Shown: in pieces, positions 49,394 to 61,416 of the stretch
Position numbering within the stretch: position 1 is the first letter of the stretch
Layout of the letters: the number at the start of each line of letters is the position of its first letter
NCBI RefSeq assembly: GCF_032191835.1
Contig: NC_083237.1
Location: 11,470,001-11,534,000, forward strand
Length of the DNA: 64,000 nt
Reading direction: 5' to 3'
DNA from: Heteronotia binoei
Taxonomy: Eukaryota
Made by a program: the position numbers and the translations under genes
Notes under the pieces: generated by a model
Seen by the model: only the letters and a program-made list of their open reading frames with translations
Told to the model about the DNA's origin: nothing
The model's database searches: none

Positions 49394-51103
49394 AGATAGA
49401 TGATAGAGAGATTATATATAGATGATGGATAGATGAGAGAGAAGGAGAGAGAGAGATGCAAGCATATTGGCGCTTTCTGGCTCTTTCTTTGGCTGTGGTG
49501 TGTACTCTTGAGCACAGCCATTGGACAATCAATCACCATTTAAGTTCTGTTGCATTCCATTGGTTGAGTCCACTCCTTTCTTCCACCTACTGTGGCATTC
49601 AGAAGAGAAAGCAGGTAGCGGTGGGGAAACAGTAAAGAGACAGGAAATGAAGGTGGTAATGTGACTAGGTGTCAAGGCCTGGCCCCACTGGGAGCATTTC
49701 CTCAGAGGCCATGGCTGACACCTCTTTCCTATCACTTTCTCCCTCCCTCCTCCCCTCAGCCTCACCCCAGGACAGACAAGGATTGGGCTACTAGGGAAGC
49801 TGCTATGCAGAGGCTGTTGATAGGCAACCACACTTGGTTCTGTCAGTAAAGGGAGAGTCTTAGTTGAATATAATGCCATAGAGTTTATCCTCAAAGCTGT
49901 TATTTTCCCCAGGAGGAGAGATATATGTTGTCTGGAGTTCAGTTGTCATACCAGAAAATCTTCAGGCTACACTTCGAGGCTGGCTACCCTCAGCCTGGCT
50001 GCTAGCTATTGTTCAGCAGCAGCCTCCCTATGACAGGATCTGCTAGACACAGGTTCTTGCTGTGGAAGCTGACTGAGTGATTTTGTACTAGTCACAATCT
50101 TTCTGCCTAATCTACCTCACAAGGTTGTTGTGCAGATCAAAAAAGTGAGAGGAGAATGATGTATGCTGCTTTGGTCATCACTGTAGAGAAAGACTGTACT
50201 TTTCCTAGGTAGAGGCTGTATGAATACCATCTCTGTTATTAGAATCTGTCGAACAGATAGATTGCAAGAACCATACTGGTACAAGCGGGGGAAGTGCTTG
50301 GATGTATCTTATGGTTATGGAGGGGGGGAGGGCTAGGACAGATATCTAACAAAGACTCCTTTGCAAATCAAACAGAAAAACAGAAAAAATGGAGACTATT
50401 CTCTGCACACTGCACAGATTCTACAACTATATCATTCCTTATTGTACACACAACCACACACAGAGAGTAAAAAAATGAATACTTTTAAGATGCACTGATT
50501 TAGAAAGTCTGTAACTTTATTAAAAGTCTCTTTAAAATGTAGTTTGCTTTTAAAAAGACCTTTGGGAAATATTGAGTTTTGTTAATATATTGAATTGATG
50601 TAACATAAATCTTGTTTTGTATATACTGTACATTTAGAGAAATAAAAGTATTTGAACTTTAATATTGTTGTTGGTTATTTGTTTTTGACCTTTTAAATAA
50701 TTTCATATGTCAGCTGAAAAAAAAATCTCTGGGTATCAGATCCACATATGAAATATTCAGTGCCATTGGTCAAACATCAGAGAAGCCCCTAGTAATTTTT
50801 TGAACCAAAAAGCCCACCAAGAAAAAGTGGATGGGAGTCCAACTATTTGGACTCTTTTGGATCCCTAAACCCTGAACACCTGGCAAAATACATTATTAGT
50901 AATTAGATTAGTATTGTTAGTTGTTTTATATGTTTCTTTGTGGTATGGTTTCTGTTTATGACCAGAGAGATGCACTAAAATTATGACCAATAAAAACTGC
51001 ATGATTTTAATCATTATTTGCCTCATGTATCATCAAAAGAGTCAGAATATAGATGAGGTAAATAAAATACAAATGAATGAATGGATTTGCCTCATCTGAT
51101 GTG

Positions 51104-51190
51104 CTTCTCAGGGGAGAAGGACTAATGTCCCCTGTGCACCCTAACAAGGAAAGATGTAACATTTCTTGCACTCTGCAAAGGCATTGTGTT
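51104..51190 (+). promoter_or_regulatory. Candidate OR promoter module (for psi-OR-G)
   Basis: cttctcaggggagaaggactaatgtcccctgtgcaccctaacaa...ctctgcaaaggcatt. Confidence 0.48.
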
Positions 51191-51591
51191 CAAAAGACAT
51201 AGACGCATGCCACTGGAGGCTGCCTCTCTGTTCACTTCTGGAGCCAGGAAATAGTGCTATATGTGCACTACCAGTACAGACCATGTGGGCTTGGGAAGCA
51301 AAGAACCACTGAAAGATATTCAAGATCTAGAAGGTTACTGGATCAGAGAATTATCTTGGACAGTGAAACATCTGCACTTTGCTTGGGCAGTTTTGTCAGA
51401 GTCTAGAGGGTCTCACAGCTGGCTTCTCATCCGTAACATATGCCTGGTGAGTCAATGGAACTTTTGAACTCAGGACCTAGCTAATGGCTGAACGTTACAT
51501 ATTCAGAGTTATCATTTTGTGAATAGCATGCTGGAGGTTTTATGGCAACTTGGGCAGACAGAATACATATGCGGGGGGGGGATACATATTG

Positions 51592-51800
51592 GGGAGGAAC
51601 GGTGGCTCAGTGGTAGAGCATCTGCTTGGTAAGCAGGAGGTCCCAGGTTCAATCCCCAGCATCTCCAACTAAAAAGGGTCCAGGCAAATAGGTGAGAAAA
51701 ACCTCAGCTTGAGACCCTGAAGAGCCACTGCCAGTCTGAGTAGACAATACTGACTGATGGGTCTGATTCAGTATAAGGCCGCTTCATATGTTCATATGAG
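51592..51800 (+). mobile_element. tRNA-headed SINE (Squam2-like)
   Basis: ggggaggaacggtggctcagtggtagagc...catatgttcatatg. Confidence 0.9.
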
Positions 51801-51842
51801 CAACAGACTTGTAAAGGAGAAACCCAGATGGTACTTGGGAGT

Positions 51843-52385
51843 GAGGCAGTTTGTTGTAGTGGTTAAGAAGAAGAAGAAGATATTGAATTTATATCCCACC
51901 CTCCACTCCAAATCTCAGAGTGGCTCACAATCTCCTTTATCTTCCTCCCCCACAACAGATACCCTGTGAGGTGGGTGAGGCTGAGAGGACTCTTACAGCA
52001 GCTGCCCTTTCAAGGACAACCTCTGCCAGAGTTATAGCTGACCCAAGGGCATTCCAGCAGTTGCAAGTGGAAGAGTGGGGAATCAAACCCGGTTTGATAA
52101 GAGTTCACACACTTAACCACTACACCAAACTGGCTCTAACAGCAAGGACTCTAATCTGGGAGAACCGGGTTTGATTCCCCACTTCTCCTCCACAAGCACC
52201 TGCTGAGTTGACCTTAAGTCAGACACAATTTTCTCTGAGCTGTTCTCCCAAGAGCAGTTCTCAAGAGTTCTCTCAGCCCCACCTGCCTCACAAGATGTCT
52301 GTTGAGGGGAGAGGAAGGGAAAGGAGATTGTAAGGCACCCTGAGACTCCAAGTGAAGGGCAAGGCATAAATCCAGTCTCTTCTTC
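51843..52385. mobile_element. Squam3-like SINE (+) with an antisense Squam3-like SINE (~51865-52136) nested in its head
   Basis: gtagtggttaag|...|ggactctaatctgggag split. Confidence 0.82.
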
Positions 52386-52468
52386 TCTCTAGATGCACTC
52401 GTCCTTCTAGATCATATTTTCCTGCCATTCTACTGCTGTTTGGAGACAGTTCATCTTTTTGACTCTAA

Positions 52469-52755
52469 GGGTGTTTTCGCACTTACGTTTTACTGGCGCC
52501 ACGACCCTCCTCACGCCGGCGGATCTGCAGTGATTTCGCACTAGAAGCGCCGGCGCAGCCCAAAGAGCCGGCTACTTCCGTCGCTAAGCCAGCGCAAACG
52601 TTTTCCTGCTTCTTGGCGGTTTCCGTTTGCGCTGGCTTAGCGACGGAAGTAGCCGGCGCAATGGGCTGCGTCGGCGCTTCTAGTGCGAAATCACTGCAGA
52701 TTCGCCGGCGTGAGGAGGGTCGTGGCGCCAGTAAAACGTAAGTGCGAAAACACCC
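52469..52755. mobile_element. Fully palindromic PIF/Harbinger MITE
   Basis: TIR gggtgttttcgca, TSD TAA on both sides. Confidence 0.9.
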
Positions 52756-53517
52756 TAAGTTTTTTGCTCAGAGTGTGCATATTTTACCTGGTCTGCCATA
52801 CTGTCCTATGCAGAGTTACTTCAGATTAAACATACTGATTTTGTTGGGCTTAGACTGGGGTAACTCTACATAGCATGCACTGCTAAACCATAGAGATCTC
52901 CATGTGGCTTACTCTGACCCAGCTGCGCACATGGGTGTGCATTTGATCCCAAATGGCAATTCTTATCTGAGCCTCAGTGAAATTGCTCGGCTTTGGGAGC
53001 AAATTCAAATGGCTAGCCCAGCCCACGTTTTCTCACCAGTTATAGCTTGAGAGTTGAGTCAGGATGAAAAAATTTGAAGAGACATGTTCAAAGGGTCGCC
53101 TTGCTGGTTTGCAGAAGAACAGCTGGATTCAAGTCCAGTAGCGCCTTAGGGACCAACAAAACTTTTAGGGAATGAGGTTTCAAAAGTCAAATCTCCCTTT
53201 GCCAGACGCTCATGTCCTGAAAATCTTGTTGCTCTCTGAAAGAGCTGCTGGATTAGAATACAGCTGAAGAGAGATTGTGCACCATTGATACATGGACCCA
53301 AAGTGCTTATTTTATGATCCTGTTTAGATACCCTTGGAAATAGGATTGCCAGGTCTTCCTTCTCTATATCCCATAGAACCATTGCCTCATGGAGATACAA
53401 TTAGCATTGGTCATACAGATTTAAAAGCTCATACAAAACCATACTTTATTTAAAACACCTATAAAACCACTTCTCTGATTATTCATCTCTCTTCCATTTA
53501 GACTGGTCCCAAGAACA

Positions 53518-54444
53518 ATGAACGGTTCCCGAGTGAGAGAATTTATACTTTTGGGGTTTACTGACAACCATGATCTTGAAATCTTCCTCTTTTCCCTCTT
53601 CTTCAGCACATAACTTTTGACCATCATGGGGAATATGGTGATCATCACAATCACACTGAGGGATCGCTGTCTCTACACCCCGATGTATTTCTTCCTCCGG
53701 CATTTTGCAGTCTTAGAGATTGGATTTACCAGTTCCATCACTCCCAAGGCACTGGCCAACATGGTCACGGGCCACAGGGTGATCTCTTTATCCGGTTGCT
53801 TCATGCAGTTCTTTCTGTACTTTGTCCTGGGAGCCACGGAGTTCTTTCTGCTGGCCGTGATGTCCTTCGACAGGTACATGGCCATCTGCAACCCTCTTCG
53901 TTACACCACCATCATGAATGGTCGAATCTGCTGGTTTCTGGTGTCCTGCTCTTGGGTGGCAGGCTTTCTGCTTATCCTGGGGCCAGCCGCGACATTATTT
54001 TACATGCCATTCTGTGGCCCGAACATTGTGAACCATTTCTTCTGTGACAAAGGACCCTTGATGAAACTCGTATGCATTGACACAACTCTGCTTGACCTTG
54101 CGTATTTCATCACCGCTATATTCATCCTTACAGGGACATTGACGGTCACCATTGTCTCTTATGTCAATATTGTTTCCAGTGTCATAAGCATGCCGTTGGG
54201 GACAGGGAGGCAGAAAGCCTTCTCCACTTGTGCCTCTCACATAATCGTGGTCTCCCTCACTTACGGCAGCTGCATTTTCATGTACATCAAACCTAAAGGT
54301 GCCAGCGAGTTTGGCTTTAGCAAATATGTGGCTGTTCTTAACACCATTGTGTCCCCTCTCCTGAATCCGTTCATCTACTGCCTGAGGAACAAACAAGTTC
54401 AGGATGCCCTAAAAGCTATGTTTAAACAAAGTATTGGGTTTTGA
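53518..54444 (+). pseudogene. OR with a single premature stop (psi-OR-G)
   Basis: ATG AAC GGT TCC (MNGS) at 53518. In-frame TAA at codon 32 (53611-53613) where paralogs have Tyr. The remaining frame is open with all OR motifs. Confidence 0.9.
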
Positions 54445-54586
54445 AAAAAACACAAAGGCTTGGAACCAGCCAAGGCTTTTTGCTCTGTTTCTCCCTCAGT
54501 TCTCTTCCTTATAGCATCCCCCAATTCATAAGCCTTTTAAGATGTAGGCCTCGTGATCCAAAATATAGCCCTTTTGCACGGCTGAG

Positions 54587-55070
54587 GAGCCAGTTTGGTG
54601 TAGTGGTTAAGTGCGTGGACTCTTATCTGGGAGAACCGGATTTGATTCCCCACTCCTCCAATTGCAGTTGCTGGAATGGCCTTGGGTCAGCCATAGCTCT
54701 TTCAGAGCTGTCCTTGAAAGGACAGCTTCTGGGAGAGCTCTCTCAGCCTCGTGTACCTCACTGGGTAATTGTTATGGGGAAGGAAGATAAAAGAGATTGT
54801 AAACCGCTCTGAGACTCTGATTCAGAGAGAAGGGTGAAATATAAATCTACAGTCTTCTTCTTCTCTTGGAGCAAGGCTGTGGCTTAGAGGGAGTTGTTCT
54901 GCTTTGCATGCAGAAGATCCCAGGTTCAATGACTAGCATGTTCAATTCAAAGGACCAGGCTGGAAGTGAGGTGAAAGACCTCTGTCTGAGACCCTAGAGA
55001 GCCACTGCTAGTCTGAATAGACAGTATTCACTCCGATGGACTGATTCTGTTTACGGCAGCTTCATGTGTG
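54587..55070 (+). mobile_element. Squam3-like SINE (~54587-54865) followed by a decayed tRNA-headed SINE
   Basis: Standard heads and tails. Confidence 0.8.
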
Positions 55071-55710
55071 CTCCTTTTTTTTTCCCACCAGCAGACATGT
55101 TGGTGGGATCCAATTTCATATGATTGGGGGAAGGGGCTGACATCACCACACAAATGATGATAAAAGGCTAACTTTGAGGTCTTTCATAGGATCAAGCCCT
55201 ATGAAAAAAGTCATTTTTTGCTCCCCTTTGGCATTTTTTGTTCGTTGCCTCCCAGTTACTCTGGATCTCTTTTAATGTCTGCATAGTGATTTTAGAATGA
55301 TAATGTGTTTAAAAAATAAAAAGGGCATTTCAATTGTGTATTTCAGAATACGTATCCAGCCTAAAATGAGCACGAACTAAAAAGTACTGATCATAGCAAT
55401 GAACTGTGGAGTAGTAGATGTAAAAAGGACATTATTCAATACCAGATTTCAAAGATGGGATTCGGTGATGCTAAATATATGTAAGAAGAAGATAATGGGA
55501 TCTGGTTTGGGTTGAAAATCTGAGAGAATCCAAGGAAACAACAGCAGAGATAAAATATATTAAGGGCTAAAATGGAAATGGTTGGATAATTCAAACTAAT
55601 GGGAGAAATTCTTTAGCACAAAGCTACTTGGTCCTACTTCCATAACTTTCCCCTCATTCAACAGCATACAAACTGTCCTTGTTTTAAGGATGATCATATT
55701 TGCTATCATC

Positions 55711-56070
55711 GATCCAGTTTGATATAGTAGTTAAGTGTGTGGACTCTTATTTGTGAGAACCGGGTTTGATTCCCCACTCCTCCACTTGCAGCTGCTGGAA
55801 TGGCCTTGGGTCAGCCATAGCTCTCACAGAGTTGTCCTTGAAAGGGCAGCTTCTGGGAGAGCTCTCTCAGCCCTACCCACTTCACAGGATTTCTGTTGTG
55901 GGGGAGGAAGGTAAAGGAGATTGTGAGCCGCTCTGAGACTCTTCGGCGTGGAGGGTGGGATATAAATCCAATCTCTTCATCTACCTCACAGGGTGTCTGT
56001 TGTGGGGGAGGAAGGTAAAGGAGATTGTAGGCCACTCTGAGATTTGGAGTGGAGGGCGGGATATAAATTA
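55711..56070 (+). mobile_element. Squam3-like SINE with duplicated 3' module
   Basis: Same cttcatctacctcacagggtgtc junction as in 24343-24735. Confidence 0.85.
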
Positions 56071-56084
56071 TAAAAATATAAAGA

Positions 56085-59000
56085 AAGTATGTATTTACTT
56101 ATCAAAGATTTCAGTCTTTGATCTAGAATACCTGTAAAAAAATTATTATCTTGATTAATGAGAGCGATTGGCCTATGTGAGGAAGGCTGAGATTCATCTT
56201 TTCCTTCCTTAGCAATAGGTAATATAGTAGTGTAGGACCATGGAGCGGGTAATTCTCTCCTAGACATATGATTACAATTTCTGGTGAAATATGGAACTAA
56301 GATCTCATGGAATGATTTATAAAACTCTGCCTGATAGCCATCATTTCCGGGAGCTGAGTTAGATTTTAAAACTTTTATTGACTCCACCACTTCTTCCTCC
56401 GTTACAGGTTGATTCAAAAAAGCTCTGTCAGCTTCATCAAAATTAGGTATCAATTCTAATTGTTTAAAAAGCTGATCTAGAGCTAACCTATCAATGGAGC
56501 TATTAGCATACAAAGAGGAATAGAAGGAGGCAAACAAATTTGCCATATCTTTTGACTTTGTTAAAGTAGCCATTTCTAAACTCCTCATAGAATCTATTAC
56601 TCTGGATCTTTGAATATTTTGAGTTTTCCATTTCAATAGACTTAGGGTCTTGTTGGATTTCTGCAAGTAACATTGTTTCATATAAATTATTTTTTTTTTA
56701 ATCTGATTGATGTCCAATGTCTCTAAAATCTTCCACTCAGCTTGTAATTATTTGTATATTGTTTTAGAACATGTTTTAGAATATATAGATTCCAGATTCT
56801 TGATGTTTTGTAGTAATTTATTTTTGGTGTTAAATTTTAGAGCCCCTGAATAAGCAATCAATTTCCCTCTCAAAAAGGGTTTCCATGCGTCCCACGGTAC
56901 TGGTGAAACCTCTACTGTATCATTTGTTTCAAAATAATATTTTAGTTCTTTCACTATCATGCCTTTAATACCATCATTATTAAGGAAAGATTTATTAAAT
57001 CTCCATAACCCCTCAGATTTCTCCACTTCTTTTAACATTAAGTTGCAATGGACCCAGGAATGATCTGTAAGTAGTTTTGGCCCTATTTCTGCAGATATTA
57101 AAGCATCCTTTAAAACTAAGGAAGTCAAAATAAAGTCAATTCTTGAGTTAACCTTATGAGCATGGGAAAAAAGTGTAATCCCGTGCAGACAGGTACAAAA
57201 ATCGCCATATGGGACTGTAGAATTTTAGCTATCTCAGTACTTATTGACTTCCTTTTAGCCAATTTTGTTGAAATCTGGGATTTATCTTTCATAACATCTA
57301 GGGTCGAGTTCAAATCAGCCCCAATAATTGTTGCACCTTCCTTAAATTGTGTCCATTTTTGTAAGGCAGCCTCCAAGAAGGATTCTTGATTCTCGTTGGG
57401 AGCATAAATTTCACCCAAAGTTACTTTACAAGAGCCTATCCACCCTTTAACAAAAATATATCTACCTAAATCATCTTTTTCAGAAGCTTCAAATTTAAAA
57501 CGTAGTCTTGTGGAAATAAGGATAGCCACTCTTCTAGATTTGGAAGAGCCTATAGACTGATACTGCAGTGGGAACAAAGTTGACCTTAAAAAAGATTTTG
57601 CCTCAGAACTTTGGTGTGCTTCCTGTACAAAGATAATGTCTGATTTACCACTCTTCAAATGAGCCAAAAAAATGAGATCTTTTAATTGCTGTATTGATAC
57701 CATTAATATTCACTGAAGTTACCCTGATTTGCTGGTCTTTACCAACGATTAAGGAGTCCATAAAATGGCCCCTCCACCACTGTTAGAGTCTAAACTGATG
57801 CAAACTCATGTATCTAAAATCTTTATTTCTTCCTAACAGTGGATGGCTCAAAACAGGAGTCCCCCCTTATTAAAAATAAACAAAGGGAGAAGCACAGTGA
57901 ACTGTGTTTCCAACTTGAGCCAATAAAAAGACTTCCAGAAGACATCAATCCCACCCTCCCATTAGTATATCTAAGTCATGTATTTACCATAATTCCCCTT
58001 GATGGCAGAACCTCATTGTCACAGTCTATTAAGATTAGTATGTTTATACTTAAGGAGTTAAGAAACAAAAAAACCCTCAAGTCTAATTCTCCTTATCTGG
58101 AGGAGTAGCTAGCATACGCTTCCTCTTCTTCTGATTCCCAGCTGACTCTGATTCCAGGCTTTTATTGCTTTGGACTTCACACAGTAGCCTTTTCCCTGTT
58201 GCAGCATCAAAAGCTGAAAATGGATTCCCTTGGTGGTAGACTGCCAATCTTCCTGAAGAAAGCCAGGTGTACCTGATGCTAGCCTCTCTCAGGGCACTAG
58301 CTGTCTCTTTAAGGTCTTTTCGTCTTTGGCGTGCCTCCTGTGGTATATCAGGAAAAACCGTAACTGAGATTTCTTGAAGAAGCAGAGAGCCCTTTTCTCT
58401 TGCTAGTCTTAAAATGTTTTTCTTAATGTCCTTGTTCCCAAAAGTAGCAATTATGTCCCTTGACATTTTCCTTTTGGGATTGATAGTCTCGTATCTTCCA
58501 ACTATAAAAGCAGAGGAGATAAAGGAAGGTGGTTTTTCTTTTAAGTGCAACAATGAGGTAAGCCAATCCATCAGAAAACCAGAGGTGAGGGCCCTGCGGA
58601 GCCTTGAACAGTTCCGCAGGGCCTGCAAAACAGTCCTCTTCCGGCTGGCATATAATTAATTGCTATCAGAATGCCTGAACACTCCAATCTATAACACCAG
58701 ATTATTTCATACTGGAATATTGAAGAATTGATTTAAGGAAGGTTAGCATAGTACATATTGTAGTAAGTTTTATGTGTTTTTATGTATTTTATATATTGTA
58801 TTGTATAATTATAATTATTAATCTATCATGAATGTATTTAAATGGATTCTGTTGGTTTTTATGTTGTAAGCCGCCCTGAGCCCACCTCGGTGGGGTAGGG
58901 CGGGATATAAATCGAATAAAATAAATAAAAATAAATAAATAAATAAGATAATTCTTCTGATAAACAAATATTTTCTGGTATCCCGTGGAATTTTAAATTT

Positions 59001-59520
59001 CACCTCTTCTGAGTCGATTCCAGGTGGATCAATTTATCTTGGTGCTGTTGTAATGTATCTTGTAAGGAATTAATATCAGTAGCATTCTGAAGAGCCAGTT
59101 CTTTAACTTCCTGAGCGTTACTAGCTGCAAGGTCAAGCTTTGCTGTAATCTCTTGCAGTTGATTAGAACTTGGAGTAAGCATCAAAGCCAACTTATCTGT
59201 TAAATGCTCCAGAGCTGTATTTAGCATTTTTTCAGATACTACTTGGTCTTTTTTGTTTTCCTCATTAGCAGGAGTTACAACAGAGTTCATAAACATGAGG
59301 ATAGTGTCCTCCACACCTTCCCAACATGATGATAAATCTTCCTGCACCGACAAGGCTTCTTTTGAAGAAAAATATGCACTTACTGTGTTCGTTGTTTTCC
59401 CTTCTTGTTGGCTTTTATTTTTCCTTGTTACAGGAGGTGTTCTTTGAACCTTCTGCATAATTATTCCATGGGATAAAGCCAAAATGTTAGAGGAAGAGAG
59501 CAGAGCTCCTCGACTAGCCT
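56085..59520 (-). mobile_element. L1-clade LINE 5' half: ORF1 (~59458-58083) and ORF2 APE to start of RT, degraded
   Basis: Coiled coil plus FPDIPQEARQRRK (ORF1p). IIFVQEAH, IYAPNE, GADLN, TDHSWV, APGNDGY, RPIALINQD (ORF2). Confidence 0.88.
58576..58945 (+). mobile_element. L2 3' fragment inserted in L1 ORF1
   Basis: Closely matches 13160-13495. ORF1 reads EELS|GFLMDW across it. Confidence 0.88.
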
Positions 59521-59539
59521 GCCATCATGAGCGGAGCCA

Positions 59540-60071
59540 GCCAGCTACTGTCTATTCGATATATGGAAAGGTATCAGTATATCAAAGCAAACCAAGTTGC
59601 TAAATTTGTAACGACTGCCCGTTTAGTTATTGCATCATGCTGGAAAGATTCTAGAGGTCCAACAATAGAAACGTGGCCAGGGAAAATATGGGAAATCTAT
59701 TTAATGGATAAAATAGTTCAAAATCCATTTTTGCTTGCATTGGTCCTCCCTTTAGATAAGAACTTTTGAGGAAGTGTGGAATCCTGTCATAGATTATCTG
59801 AGTGAAAATAATTTTTTGCCTAGAAGTAATGAATATAGAGTGTGACATGTTGTAAGGTGCAATTTTCCTTTTCTTTTGATTAATCTATACTCCTGAAATT
59901 TTGTAAAATGTGCTCATGTCGAGTTATGATGTTCCCTGATAAGTTAGGTCATGTGGTTCTATGTTTGTAATAAGATTTTACTGTTTGTAGATTTTCTTTT
60001 TAGTTTTTGGATTACGTCTCTTCTCTTTGTATCTGAAATGCAAAAAATCGTTTAATAAAATAAAAAAAAAA
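59540..60071 (+). mobile_element. L1 3' end with poly(A)
   Basis: TTARLVIASCWKD...WEIYLMDK, then aataaaataaaaaaaaaa. Confidence 0.75.
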
Positions 60072-60459
60072 GATAAATGTTAACAGTCATCCCCAAAGGG
60101 GAGGGGGGGGGGACCTGAGTGAAGACATTTATCATTCCAAATGAACAGCATGAACATTTTCATTCCCTTTTCTTCTCATTCCTTTTCTCACTTCTGTTTC
60201 CTCTTTCTTCCTTTCTGTGTAACTTTGTATGGAATCCAACATATATTTAATTTTCCAATAACTTAAAACAATGTGATGGTCCTCTGAACTATTATTAAAC
60301 CATTTTCTTCTTGATGGCTTTCATCTCAGTGATTCTCATAGAATCTCACCAAACGTACTACAAAATTACAAAATGATGCCTGGAAGCAGAATGTACGAAT
60401 TGCATCATTGAAGGGACCTCCCTTTAAGGTATATTCCCCAGCATTTGACACACAAATGA

Positions 60460-61416
60460 ATGGCTAGTATGGAGAATAAGACTGCATCGGTATCTGAGTT
60501 TATCCTTGTGGGCTTCACCAGCATCCGATGGCTGCAGATTCTCCTCTTCCTGCTACTTCTTATCACGTACCTCCTGACCCTGGTGGGGAACATCCTCATC
60601 ATCTCCATTACTTTGCTTGACCATCGCCTCCAGACGCCCATGTATTTTTTCCTCAGAAATTTCTCTCTCTTGGAAATTGGTTTCACCTCTTCATCTATTC
60701 CAAAGGTTTTGTTCAACCTGGCTTCTGGCACCAACACAATTTCGGTGGCTGGCTGCTTTGCACAATCCTTTTTCTATTTCATTGTGGGCACCACCGAATT
60801 CTTTCTCTTGGCTATGATGTCCTTTGACCGGTACGTTGCCATCTGTAACCCCCTTCGCTATATGATGATCATGAACAGTCGATTCTGCACTCAGTTGGTG
60901 CTGGGTTCTTGGATCTTCAGTTTCATGTACCTTATAGTCCCTCTTGTGTTATTGTTTCGTTTGCCTTTCTGTGGTCCAAATGTCATCAATCACTTCTTCT
61001 GCGACAACATACCACTCGTCAAATTGGCTTGCACAAACACCCAGTCTCTAGAACTGCTGGATTTCTTCTTGGCCACATTTAGTGTTTTGGGAACTTTAAC
61101 TGTTACCATCGTTTCCTATGTTAAAATCATTTCAAGCATTATGCACATCCCATCCTCAGCAGGAAAGCAAAAAGCGTTCTCCACTTGTGCTTCCCACATC
61201 ACTGTGGTCTTCATCACCTACGGGAGCTGCATTTTCATGTATGTCAAGCCAGCAAAGAATGGGAGTTTGGACCTCAGCAAGATGGTGGGTGTTCTCAATA
61301 ATGTTGTGTCTCCTTTGCTGAACCCATTCATCTATAGCCTGAGGAACAAGCAGGTTAAAGAGGCCTTGAAGGATGTAATTGAGCAGAGAAGAATGTTTTC
61401 TAGACTCTCCAAGTGA
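60460..61416 (+). CDS. Olfactory receptor, family-6-like (OR-H), 318 aa (315 aa from the second ATG at 60469)
   Basis: NKT glycosylation site, [45 protein letters not shown]. Confidence 0.95.
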   Translation: MASMENKTASVSEFILVGFTSIRWLQILLFLLLLITYLLTLVGNILIISITLLDHRLQTPMYFFLRNFSLLEIGFTSSSIPKVLFNLASGTNTISVAGCFAQSFFYFIVGTTEFFLLAMMSFDRYVAICNPLRYMMIMNSRFCTQLVLGSWIFSFMYLIVPLVLLFRLPFCGPNVINHFFCDNIPLVKLACTNTQSLELLDFFLATFSVLGTLTVTIVSYVKIISSIMHIPSSAGKQKAFSTCASHITVVFITYGSCIFMYVKPAKNGSLDLSKMVGVLNNVVSPLLNPFIYSLRNKQVKEALKDVIEQRRMFSRLSK

